Source of the DNA: a virus
Taxonomy: Duplodnaviria; Caudoviricetes
DNA: 64,000 nucleotides
Reading direction: 5' to 3' (one strand)
Virus record (IMG/VR): IMGVR_UViG_3300020037_002148
Span: 1 to 64,000 of that record
Shown here: piece after piece, positions 8,512-17,489 of the stretch
Position numbering within the stretch: the stretch's first letter is position 1
Layout: each line of letters begins with the position of its first letter
Notes under the pieces: model-generated
What the model saw: only the letters and a program-made list of their open reading frames with translations
Told to the model about the DNA's origin: nothing
Database searches by the model: none
Made by a program: the position numbers and the translations under genes

Positions 8512-11500
8512 AACTATTGATGGATATTGAGTGTTTTTGGAACTATTTTGAAGTAGGCTTTAAAAACTTTGAAACTAAAGATACATTTACTTTTGAAATA
8601 GCAGAAGATATAGATCAATCTAAAGAATTATATGAATTTCTAAGAGATATTGATGCTAAAAATACATTCTTTATTTCATTTAATGGGATTGATTATGATA
8701 ATATTGTAATTAATTACTTTTATAAGAATTATAAATATTTTGTAGAGAAAGAATTTACACCACTTGATATATGTCATGCATTGAAAGAGTTTAGTAATTA
8801 TGTAATCAATAATAAAGATAGTTATAATGATGAACAAATAAAGAAGTATAAATATCATAATAAATGGATTGATATTGATTTACTAAGGTATTGGAGTAAA
8901 AAAACAAGGCAAGAAGGTAATTTATCTTTAAAATCTTTAGGAATACAATTAGAACATGATAGAGTTCAGGAATTACCATATGATTTTAATAAAATTCTTA
9001 CTAAAGAAGAAAGAAATGATATTAAAGATTATAATGTTAATAATGATTTAGTAATTACTGATAAACTTTGTGATAAAATGAAACCGCAAATTATTCAAAG
9101 GCAAGATGCTAATGAGAAATATGGTTTTAATAGTTTTTCTTGGGATGGTGTAAAACTCGGATTAAATATTTTATTAGAAGAGTATTGTAAGAAATATAAT
9201 TATGATAGAAAAAATGTAAATAGTTTAAGAGGTAAATTAGAGCCAATGAAACTTGAAAGAATTATTCTTGATAAAATTAAATTTACTGAAACAGAAGAAA
9301 TTATAAGACCAATTGTTGAAAAAGGTAAAATTACTTATTATTGTAATAGTTTCTATACTCTTTTAAAACATCTAAAAACAAGAATAACAGATAATACAAA
9401 GGAACTTTCTTATAGTGTTATTTTAGATGCTGTTAAATATGATTTAAAAAGTGGTGGTTTACATACATATCATAATCCAGAAATTGTTTCTCCAGATTTA
9501 GATAAATTTATATACCGTGATAAAGACGTGAATTCAATGTATCCGACTTTAGGAGCTACTTATAGATATGTTCCAAGACATTTACCAGGAATGGATACTT
9601 TAATTGAAGAATTAAAGAATAAAAGGTTACAGTTTAAAAAGGAAGGAAATAAGAAAGATGCAGAGTTATATAAACTTGCATTAAATGGTGGATAAACAAA
9701 AAATTGAAGTTGAAAAAAATGGAATGTAATTATTCAAAAGAAGAATTAGAAAGGAGTGGAATATATATTATAAGAAATAAAATAAATAATAAGATTTATT
9801 TAGGTTCTTCAGTCAATATGAATATAAGATTTATTCATCATAAAGGCAGATTACTTAATAATATGCATAAAAATAGTTATTTACAAAATAGTGTAAATAA
9901 ATATGGAATAGAAAATTTTAGATTTGAAATAGTATGTTATTGTACTACAACTGAAATTTTAGAAAAAGAAGACTATTATTTAAAATTTTATAATGTTTGT
10001 AATCCTACAATAGGTTACAATATAAATCCTTCTGCGACAGGAGGAACTCAATTTACTAAAGAAACTATTGAAAAAAGAACTCAATCATTAAAAGAAACTT
10101 ATAAGAAGAAATCTTTAGATCCTAATTTTAAAGGATATAATACTAAAGCTAATAAGACATCATTTCAAAAAGGAATAGAAGTTTGGAATAAAGGTAGAAA
10201 ATATAATTCTACAGATCATTTAAAAGTTCCTAAGAAAAAGAAAGCAGATAAGACAAAACTGAAAGAAATTATTAAAGAAAAACAATTACCAATTATGGTA
10301 TTTGACATTAATAAAAAATATCTAAAAACTTTTAGATATATAGAAGATTTAGTTTTAGCTTCACAAAATGATGAATTAATTTATAATAATATGATTTTAA
10401 GAAATAAAGAAGGTAGAAATGGATATAATCCAAATTTTCTATCAAATTTTAATATTAGAAAATCTTGTAATTATAATATACCTTATAAAGGTTTATATTT
10501 TCAATATCAAACCATAAATGTCCACAATAAACAGGATGAATTGCTGGAAACTCCTGAAGAGGACAATCAGCAGCCAAGCTTAGATAGTAATATCTTTGAA
10601 GGTTCAACGACTAATAGCCAAGTCCAAACAGATAATGCTGAGGATAGTAATGCTAACACGAGCTTCCTGCAATAACTTGAAAGAGAGTTATTGATGATAT
10701 AGTCTGAACTGCATATATAATTTAAAAGAAGATGCAGAATATAAGGATAAAGAGCCTTATAGATAACAAAATGATTATGGTAATTTAAATTCAGAATATA
10801 CTCCAATGTATGATCCTACTATGCTTTTATCTATTACTATTAATGGTCAATTATTTCTTTTAATGCTTTGTCAAATGTTATTAGAAGCTGGTGTAATTAT
10901 TGAAAGTGTAAATACCGATGGAATCTTAGCTATTATACCTAAAGAATTAGAAAGTAAATATGAAGAAATTTGTAAAGAGTGGGAAAAAATAACTCTATTA
11001 GAATTAGAAGCAGAAGATTTTGTAAAAAGTATTAGAGGTAATGTAAATAATTATTTAGCTATTAAAGTTAAAAAAGATGAAAATGGTAAAAATGAAGTTA
11101 AACAAAAAGGAATTTGGTTTTTAACAGAACCCGAGCTAGGTAAATCTTGTGATTCTTTAATTATAGCTAAAGCTTTAAAATTATATTATACTGAAAATAT
11201 ACCAATAGAAGAAAGTATTACTAATCCAGAAAAATATGGTTTTAGTATTTTAGATTATTGTTTTTCAAATAAAATTTCAAAAAATTATACTGTCTGGTGG
11301 AATAATAAAATTCAACAAAACCTTAATAGATATTACATAGGAAAAAGTAATTCTCCATATCTTTATAAAAAGAAAAAAGATAAAACTACTATGGAAAATG
11401 TACTTAAAGGATTTGGTGTAGAATTATATAATAATCATATAGAAAAACCTTTTGAAGAATATAAAGTTAATACTGCTTATTATATAAGTAAAGTTAGAGA

Positions 11501-11543
11501 AATCCTTTTTGAACTTGAACCTAACCAAATAAATTTATTTTAA
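8508..11543 (+). CDS. polB: Family B DNA polymerase, spliced: exon 1 8508-9693, exon 2 10774-11543 (651 aa)
   Basis: Exo motifs DIEC and FNGIDYD; Pol motifs DVNSMYP, KLALNGG|YYGNLN (restored in frame by splicing) and NTDG. Confidence 0.92.
9694..10773 (+). mobile_element. Group I intron (IA2-like) in polB
   Basis: 5' exon ends in U and intron ends in G. P1 GTGGAT/GTCCAC(10520-25) and P10 ACCATAA/TTATGGT. Core motifs AATTGCTGGAAA, AATCAGCAGCCAAG, GTTCAACGACTA and GATATAGTC. Confidence 0.92.
9704..10675 (+). CDS. Intron-encoded GIY-YIG homing endonuclease (ATG alternative at 9719)
   Basis: SGIYIIRNKINNKIYLGSS motif; NUMOD-like middle region. Confidence 0.9.
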   Translation: MKLKKMECNYSKEELERSGIYIIRNKINNKIYLGSSVNMNIRFIHHKGRLLNNMHKNSYLQNSVNKYGIENFRFEIVCYCTTTEILEKEDYYLKFYNVCNPTIGYNINPSATGGTQFTKETIEKRTQSLKETYKKKSLDPNFKGYNTKANKTSFQKGIEVWNKGRKYNSTDHLKVPKKKKADKTKLKEIIKEKQLPIMVFDINKKYLKTFRYIEDLVLASQNDELIYNNMILRNKEGRNGYNPNFLSNFNIRKSCNYNIPYKGLYFQYQTINVHNKQDELLETPEEDNQQPSLDSNIFEGSTTNSQVQTDNAEDSNANTSFLQ

Positions 11544-11544
11544 T

Positions 11545-11739
11545 ATGACACAAAGAGAATTTATAGAATTATATAGGGAAAAAGGTGAAGAAACACTTTT
11601 TAAAGAATATGGTTTTGAGAAGTATTATGATTTTTATATAAAACCAGAATGGATTACTGATAATTTACCTTATGATAGAATGGCTATGAGTAAAAATGAT
11701 GTTATAAAATATATTTTACTTTCTGAAAGACTTAATTAA
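11545..11739 (+). CDS. Hypothetical protein
   Basis: ORF track. Confidence 0.6.
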   Translation: MTQREFIELYREKGEETLFKEYGFEKYYDFYIKPEWITDNLPYDRMAMSKNDVIKYILLSERLN

Positions 11740-11741
11740 AT

Positions 11742-11900
11742 ATGGCAGATATAACTAAATGTAAAGGTAAGGAATGTCCTTTAAAAGAAACTTGTAAAAG
11801 ATATTTAGCAATAGCTAATAAGTTTTATCAATCTTATTTTACAGAAATCCCTTATAATGTTAAAGAAAAAAAATGTGATATGTATTGGAAAACAAATTAA
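11742..11900 (+). CDS. Small Cys-rich protein (52 aa)
   Basis: Manual translation MADITKCKGKECPLKETCKRY...KCDMYW. Confidence 0.6.
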   Translation: MADITKCKGKECPLKETCKRYLAIANKFYQSYFTEIPYNVKEKKCDMYWKTN

Positions 11901-11911
11901 AACAATAAAAT

Positions 11912-12091
11912 ATGGAAGTATTAATAGGAACTTGGGTTTTACTATTATTAATAATAGTAATTTTAAGTTTAAAATTTAAAATTAAATTTGATGTAATAAG
12001 TAATAAAACAGAAAAACATTATATAATTTGGTATACAGAAAGTAAGTATCACGAAAGAGATTATATGTTACTATTCACAACTTATAAATAA
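11912..12091 (+). CDS. Small membrane protein (59 aa)
   Basis: Manual translation; N-terminal hydrophobic helix. Confidence 0.5.
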   Translation: MEVLIGTWVLLLLIIVILSLKFKIKFDVISNKTEKHYIIWYTESKYHERDYMLLFTTYK

Positions 12092-12098
12092 ATAAATT

Positions 12099-12143
12099 AT
12101 GAAAGAACAATTAATAACATTTGAAACAGCTAAATTAGGATAA
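12099..12143 (+). pseudogene. Truncated 5' remnant (MKEQLITFETAKLG*) of the gene family at 12778-14261
   Basis: 32/40 nt identical to the first 40 nt of the gene at 12778. Confidence 0.75.
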
Positions 12144-12158
12144 ATGAAATATTTTTCA

Positions 12159-12166
12159 TATATTTG
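12159..12166 (+). promoter_or_regulatory. Bacteroidota-type -7 promoter element (TAnnTTTG)
   Basis: TATATTTG ends 16 nt upstream of ATG 12183; no clear -33 element seen. Confidence 0.5.
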
Positions 12167-12182
12167 TAAAAAATTAAATATT

Positions 12183-12773
12183 ATGAATATACATTACATA
12201 TATCAACATACTAGATTAGATACTAATGAAGTATTCTATATTGGTAAAGGAGTCCAAAAGAAATTTAATTATAAATATTATAGAGCTTTTGATATAAAAA
12301 GAAGAAATAATATTTGGAAAAATATTGTAAATAAAACTGATTACAAAGTAGAAATACTTTTTACTAATTTAACAGAGATAGAGTGTTTTAAAATTGAAAT
12401 AGAATTAATTTCTAAATATGGAAAAATATTCGATAAATCAGGAACTCTTGCAAATTATACAAATGGAGGAGAAGGTCAATTAAGATTTCATAAAAATTCT
12501 CAAAAACAAATAGACTCTGCAAACAAAGCAAGAGCTATCGCTTGGAAATTACCTAAAACTAAAAAACAAATTGAAGTTGTCACTAAAAATATATTAAAAG
12601 CAAATCCAGAAAAGGAAGTATTACAATATGATTTAAATATGAATTTATTAAATGAATTTAAGTCATTAGCTGAAGCTGCTAGAAGTATAAACGGTAGTCA
12701 TGGTAACATATCAATGTGTTGTCAAGGTAAAAGAAAAACAGCATATAAATTTATTTGGAAATATAAAAATTAA
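12183..12773 (+). CDS. Free-standing GIY-YIG-like homing endonuclease with C-terminal NUMOD1-like HTH (start re-called)
   Basis: HYIYQH...FYIGKG motif; C-terminal QYDLNMNLLNEFKSLAEAARS...WKY. Confidence 0.8.
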   Translation: MNIHYIYQHTRLDTNEVFYIGKGVQKKFNYKYYRAFDIKRRNNIWKNIVNKTDYKVEILFTNLTEIECFKIEIELISKYGKIFDKSGTLANYTNGGEGQLRFHKNSQKQIDSANKARAIAWKLPKTKKQIEVVTKNILKANPEKEVLQYDLNMNLLNEFKSLAEAARSINGSHGNISMCCQGKRKTAYKFIWKYKN

Positions 12774-12777
12774 AAAT

Positions 12778-13230
12778 ATGAAAGAAAATATAGTAACCTT
12801 TCAAGTAGCTAAATTAGCTAAAGAGAAAGGGTTTAATGTAGAATGTGGATATGGGTATACTAGACTTAAAGAATTAATGACTATTGACAGAAGCCAAGAA
12901 TCTTTTTTTGGAGGAGCATCGAGAAATTATAGAAATTCTGAATTAGAATCTTATAATAAATCATATTTAGAATGTAATGATGATGAATATGTATGTATTT
13001 ATACAGCACCAACTCAATCATTACTTCAAAAATGGCTAAGACAGATTCATAATATTAATGTGTATCCAATTTTAAGTTATACTAATAATCAAAAATATAC
13101 AATAGAATTAAGATATGATTTTAGTAAAATTAGAACTTCTCAAACAGGTTTAACTGAAAAAATATATTATGATACTTATGAAGAAGCTCTTGAACAAGGA
13201 TTATTTGAAGGATTAAAACTAATAAAATGA
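12778..13230 (+). CDS. Paralog family member 1 (start re-called to 12778)
   Basis: MKENIVTFQVAKLAKEKGF...LQKWLRQIHNI...TYEEALEQG. Confidence 0.75.
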   Translation: MKENIVTFQVAKLAKEKGFNVECGYGYTRLKELMTIDRSQESFFGGASRNYRNSELESYNKSYLECNDDEYVCIYTAPTQSLLQKWLRQIHNINVYPILSYTNNQKYTIELRYDFSKIRTSQTGLTEKIYYDTYEEALEQGLFEGLKLIK

Positions 13231-13475
13231 AAAAGAAATCAGTGTATTTAAAAATAGATAAAGACTTGGAAATTGTAGTACAAGGTGATTATTGTCCTCC
13301 TGAAGATGAAACAAATTTTGGAGGACAGTTTGACCTTAGTAAAATAGATGTAATACAAGGTTCTTTAATTGATTATAGTAATTGGATAGAAGCATTATTA
13401 TATTTGAATAAAGAATTAATTATTACAGATCATATTGAAGAATTAGCATTATTAAAATTAAATGAAATAATATGA
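13227..13475 (+). CDS. Hypothetical protein
   Basis: ORF track; overlapping stop/start. Confidence 0.6.
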   Translation: MKKKSVYLKIDKDLEIVVQGDYCPPEDETNFGGQFDLSKIDVIQGSLIDYSNWIEALLYLNKELIITDHIEELALLKLNEII

Positions 13476-13873
13476 AAGATAATTTTGTTTCTTATGAAAT
13501 AGCTTTAAAACTTAAAGAATTAGGTTTTAAAGAAGAATGTTTAGGTTGGTATCTATTTGAAATAGCAAATAAAGAAAATATTTCTTCAGTAATATTGGCT
13601 TCTTTTATAAGAAATTGGAATCATTATGGAGATAGAATAAATGCTCCTCTATATCAACAAGTATTTAAATGGTTTAGAGAAAAACATAATTTGCCAAGTG
13701 AAGTTAGATTTGTTACCAATTTAAAAGTATATGATTATAGAATAACGAAAATAGATATACCATATAATAATTCTTTTTATGATGGTATAAAACCATGTAA
13801 TGCATATATAACATATGAAAAAGCTGAATTAGCTTGTTTAAAGAAATTAATTGAAATTATTAAACGTAAATAA
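13472..13873 (+). CDS. Paralog family member 2
   Basis: MKDNFVSYEIALKLKELGF...YQQVFKWFREKHNL...TYEKAE. Confidence 0.75.
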   Translation: MKDNFVSYEIALKLKELGFKEECLGWYLFEIANKENISSVILASFIRNWNHYGDRINAPLYQQVFKWFREKHNLPSEVRFVTNLKVYDYRITKIDIPYNNSFYDGIKPCNAYITYEKAELACLKKLIEIIKRK

Positions 13874-13874
13874 A

Positions 13875-14261
13875 ATGTTAGAAAACGAATTTATACCATA
13901 TGAACTCAGAACTATTCTAATAGAATTAGGTTATAGTTATGGTGCTGTGGGTTATCATAGACCAGATATGAAAAATAAACCTATTATATCTGAAGAAACA
14001 GCTGTAAGAATACATAGTGGAACAGATTGCTTAGATCATCCAGCAATTTTATATCAACAAGCATTTAGATGGTTTAGAGAAAAACATAATCTATTTGGTT
14101 GTATAGATTTACAAGTTTGTAATCCACCACATTGGTATATTAGAATTGATGATATTATTAAAAATGATTATTTATATCATTCAGAAGACGAAAATTTAAA
14201 ATTTAAGACTTATGAAGAAGCAGAAGAAGAATGTTTAATAAAACTAATAGGAAATGTTTGA
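13875..14261 (+). CDS. Paralog family member 3 (start re-called to 13875)
   Basis: MLENEFIPYELRTILIELGY...YQQAFRWFREKHNL...TYEEAE. Confidence 0.75.
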   Translation: MLENEFIPYELRTILIELGYSYGAVGYHRPDMKNKPIISEETAVRIHSGTDCLDHPAILYQQAFRWFREKHNLFGCIDLQVCNPPHWYIRIDDIIKNDYLYHSEDENLKFKTYEEAEEECLIKLIGNV

Positions 14262-14454
14262 TAATGCACTTCAAATTTTACCAATAGTATATTCTAAAGA
14301 AAAACAAAATATGAAATTTATTAATGAATTAATAGATCAAAATGCAATTCCTATAGGATGTGTTATTAAAGGTTTAAAATCTTATTACAAAGATGAAGAA
14401 ATACATGAAGATTTATTACCTTGTATTGTTTACAAAGAAAATTATAAAGCATGA
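14254..14454 (+). CDS. Hypothetical protein
   Basis: ORF track. Confidence 0.55.
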   Translation: MFDNALQILPIVYSKEKQNMKFINELIDQNAIPIGCVIKGLKSYYKDEEIHEDLLPCIVYKENYKA

Positions 14455-14678
14455 AAATATATATTGAAGAAGAATTAGCAAAAGTTGAAGAAGAAATGAT
14501 TCAACATTTTAAAGATTATAATATTGAAGAGTCTTATGAATCTATTTATTTATCAGAAAAAGATTATTTTCCAAAAAATGATATTATAGAATATGATGAA
14601 GAATTTTCTAAATGGTTTTATTATTTTCAAGGTCAATATCATAAATTACAAGATATTTTAAAATTTTTAAATGGATAA
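14451..14678 (+). CDS. Hypothetical acidic protein
   Basis: ORF track. Confidence 0.55.
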   Translation: MKIYIEEELAKVEEEMIQHFKDYNIEESYESIYLSEKDYFPKNDIIEYDEEFSKWFYYFQGQYHKLQDILKFLNG

Positions 14679-15798
14679 AAGAGATATACTTCATAATGAA
14701 GGATTAGAATTTTTTGAAAAAAGTAACTTTAAAACACTTTTTCAATTACCTACAGGTACAGGTAAATCAGTGCTTACAATTAGAATTTTAAATAAATATC
14801 AAGGTAAATATCTTTTAGTTACTCCTACAATAGTACTCCATAAAGTAGATTGGAAAAATGAATTTATTAAATTTGATAGTTTAGATTTATATGAACAATT
14901 AGATAGATGTTGTTATGTAAGTTTACATAAATACAATATGGCTGATTATGATGGAATTATCTTAGATGAAGCACATCATTTTTCACCTAAGCAATGGTAT
15001 GAATTTATTAAATATTTACCAATACTCGAAAATAAAAAGATTATATGTCTTACAGCAACTCCAGGTAAATTTGGATTTACTAAAAGAACATTAAATACTC
15101 TTATTAAAGGTAATGTATTTGAATATAACGTAGAAGAAGCTGTAGATAATGAAATGGTTAATGATTTTCGTATTCATATAATTTATAATACACTTGATAA
15201 TGTAAATAAAAATTCTAAAGCAGGGTCTAAAGAAAAACCTTTTTTAACTACAGAAAAATCTAATTATGAATATTTAACAAAAACTATCAATGAATTAAAA
15301 GTATTAATGCTTACTACAAGTGGTAGAACTAAAAATGCTTTAAAGAAATCAATTTTAGAAAGAAAAAGAGCAAGACTACTTTATGATTTAGAATCAAAAG
15401 TTAATTTAATTTTAAAATTCTTAAAAGAATTGGATAGTAGTAAAAAAAGACTTATTTTTGCAAGAACTATTGAAGTAGCTGAAAGATTAGAACCTCATTC
15501 TATTCATAGTAAATCTAAAATGGATTGGTTAACTAAATTCAGAAATGGAGAAATTAATAGTATTTCTTCTGTAGATATGCTTCTTGAAGGTGTTAATTTA
15601 CCAGGTACAGAAGTAGGTATAATTACAAGTCCTTATGCTGAAAGAAGATTTATTCAAAGTCTTGGAAGATGTCTTAGAAATAATTTAGATGTAATTTCAC
15701 ATTATTACATATTTTGTACTAAAGATACAGTTGAAGAAGATTGGCTTTCTCAAAGTTTAGTAGATATTAACAAAGAAAAAATAATTTATGAAATATAA
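14671..15798 (+). CDS. Superfamily 2 (DEAD/DEAH-like) helicase
   Basis: PTGTGKS, DEAHH, TAT, LLEGVNLP and QSLGRCLR motifs. Confidence 0.9.
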   Translation: MDKRDILHNEGLEFFEKSNFKTLFQLPTGTGKSVLTIRILNKYQGKYLLVTPTIVLHKVDWKNEFIKFDSLDLYEQLDRCCYVSLHKYNMADYDGIILDEAHHFSPKQWYEFIKYLPILENKKIICLTATPGKFGFTKRTLNTLIKGNVFEYNVEEAVDNEMVNDFRIHIIYNTLDNVNKNSKAGSKEKPFLTTEKSNYEYLTKTINELKVLMLTTSGRTKNALKKSILERKRARLLYDLESKVNLILKFLKELDSSKKRLIFARTIEVAERLEPHSIHSKSKMDWLTKFRNGEINSISSVDMLLEGVNLPGTEVGIITSPYAERRFIQSLGRCLRNNLDVISHYYIFCTKDTVEEDWLSQSLVDINKEKIIYEI

Positions 15799-15801
15799 AA
15801 A

Positions 15802-16125
15802 ATGATCTATAACTCAATACCAAATAATGTAATAATAGAACTACTTTATAATCAATTAAGTTTAGAAGCTGAATTTCATCTTATTAATTTACATAATTAT
15901 ATTAAAGGATTTCCTTTAATAAAAGAATTAAATCAGTTAATAAAATTCAAAATTTATATTTCTTTATTTGAAAGAATAGAAAATATACCAGAAAAATATC
16001 CTAGACCTGATTATAATGTAAAAGAAATAAAAGATGTAATTAAAGCACATTTTAATATGTATGAAGTGTTGAAAAATAATAGAATTATTGCAATAATAAT
16101 TAATAAACAAGTAATAAATGTATAA
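15802..16125 (+). CDS. Hypothetical protein
   Basis: ORF track. Confidence 0.6.
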   Translation: MIYNSIPNNVIIELLYNQLSLEAEFHLINLHNYIKGFPLIKELNQLIKFKIYISLFERIENIPEKYPRPDYNVKEIKDVIKAHFNMYEVLKNNRIIAIIINKQVINV

Positions 16126-16331
16126 TGAAACAATTAGAATTATTAGAACAAGAACTATTAATGATTCAAGAAAATATTCAAAGAATTAAAAAGTTTAAAA
16201 AAGAAAATCAGAATGAAAAATATAAACCTTATAAATCAAGAGTAATTGGTGAATTTAAACATAGAATTATTATATTAAAACAAAGATTAACTTTAGTTTC
16301 AAGTATTACTACAAGTTCACTTTTTGAATAA
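16125..16331 (+). CDS. Small coiled-coil protein
   Basis: ORF track. Confidence 0.55.
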   Translation: MKQLELLEQELLMIQENIQRIKKFKKENQNEKYKPYKSRVIGEFKHRIIILKQRLTLVSSITTSSLFE

Positions 16332-16454
16332 AATAATGAAAAAAATATACAATAGTAAATATTTTTCCAAGAATATTTTATAAAAACCTGATGGTTGGCT
16401 GCCATTTTCAAGATAAAACTTCTGGGCGGAGTTATAAAACCCACAACAAATAAA

Positions 16455-16808
16455 ATGAGACACGTAGAAAATGCTTACAACAAGTTAGAAAAAAAGATGG
16501 ATGCAGATGGTAGTATTATGGGAATACTAAACTTCATCAAAATTGAAAACAAAGAAGATGTAAAAGGAGTAGCACCTATTGTATCTTTTACTATTCAAAG
16601 TGACCCAATTGGAGAGGTTGGAATAAACGGATGTCAAGCATTAGATATGCTTAAATATGTTGCCTGTTTATTTGAATCATTAAATGATGCTTTTCCAAGT
16701 AGCTACAACGAAACAAGTTTAGGTCACATTGAAAATGCAATTCAAGCACAGAATTTAAGAACTGCTGATAGAATTGCTAGAAATGTAGAAGGGCAAAACA
16801 AGGTTTAA
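16455..16808 (+). CDS. tad1: Tad1-like signalling-molecule sponge (anti-Thoeris/anti-CBASS candidate); start re-called to ATG 16455
   Basis: C-terminal half Q.DPI.EVG.NG...D.L...S...F.S..N...L.HIE.A...N.R..DRI.RNV.G.N.K matches the recalled Tad1 consensus. Confidence 0.7.
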   Translation: MRHVENAYNKLEKKMDADGSIMGILNFIKIENKEDVKGVAPIVSFTIQSDPIGEVGINGCQALDMLKYVACLFESLNDAFPSSYNETSLGHIENAIQAQNLRTADRIARNVEGQNKV

Positions 16809-16809
16809 A

Positions 16810-16835
16810 ATGTTAGTGGTACTTTCTACTGACAT
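16810..16835 (+). terminator. Probable terminator hairpin
   Basis: ATGTTAGT-N10-ACTGACAT; weak T tract. Confidence 0.4.
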
Positions 16836-16856
16836 TAAAATATTTTAATAAATTAG

Positions 16857-17489
16857 ATGTTAATAAATGAAGAATTAATTAAAACATTAGAAAATAATGA
16901 CTTAGATGTTGGAATTAATCTCACTCTTTTATTTGCAATAGAACAGAAACTTCCTATGAGTTTTTTTCTTACTTATAAAGATGAGGTAAAACAATTACAA
17001 CAACTAAATATCATTGAATTTGATCCTATTAATCAAGGATTATTTAAATTAAAAGCTCCTTATAATTTTTGGACTAACACTTTAAATACAATGAGAGTTA
17101 TATTACAAGGTAAATCTAAAAGTAATGTATCTAAAGTAGAAACAAGTGAATGGATAGATGATTGGTTATTATTATTCCCCAAAGGAATGAATAAAACTAT
17201 TGGTTATGATATACATGGTAATAAAACTGAATGTTTAAATAGAATGTCTAAATTTAGAAAAGAACATTTTAATAAATATAATAGTGAAATTATTATTAAA
17301 GCTACTAAATTATATTTGAAGGAACAAGAAAAGAATAAGTGGGCTTTTACTAAAAAGAATGTAAAATTTATCTATGATGAAAATGGTAGTATGTTAGAAA
17401 ACTATTGCGAAAGAATTATAGATGAAGATTATGAAGAAGGAGATTTAGAATTAAATGGATCTTCAGGAAGTACAATTAAACATTGGTAA
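16857..17489 (+). CDS. Hypothetical replication-associated protein (possible helicase loader)
   Basis: Stop overlaps the helicase start; function inferred from position only. Confidence 0.45.
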   Translation: MLINEELIKTLENNDLDVGINLTLLFAIEQKLPMSFFLTYKDEVKQLQQLNIIEFDPINQGLFKLKAPYNFWTNTLNTMRVILQGKSKSNVSKVETSEWIDDWLLLFPKGMNKTIGYDIHGNKTECLNRMSKFRKEHFNKYNSEIIIKATKLYLKEQEKNKWAFTKKNVKFIYDENGSMLENYCERIIDEDYEEGDLELNGSSGSTIKHW

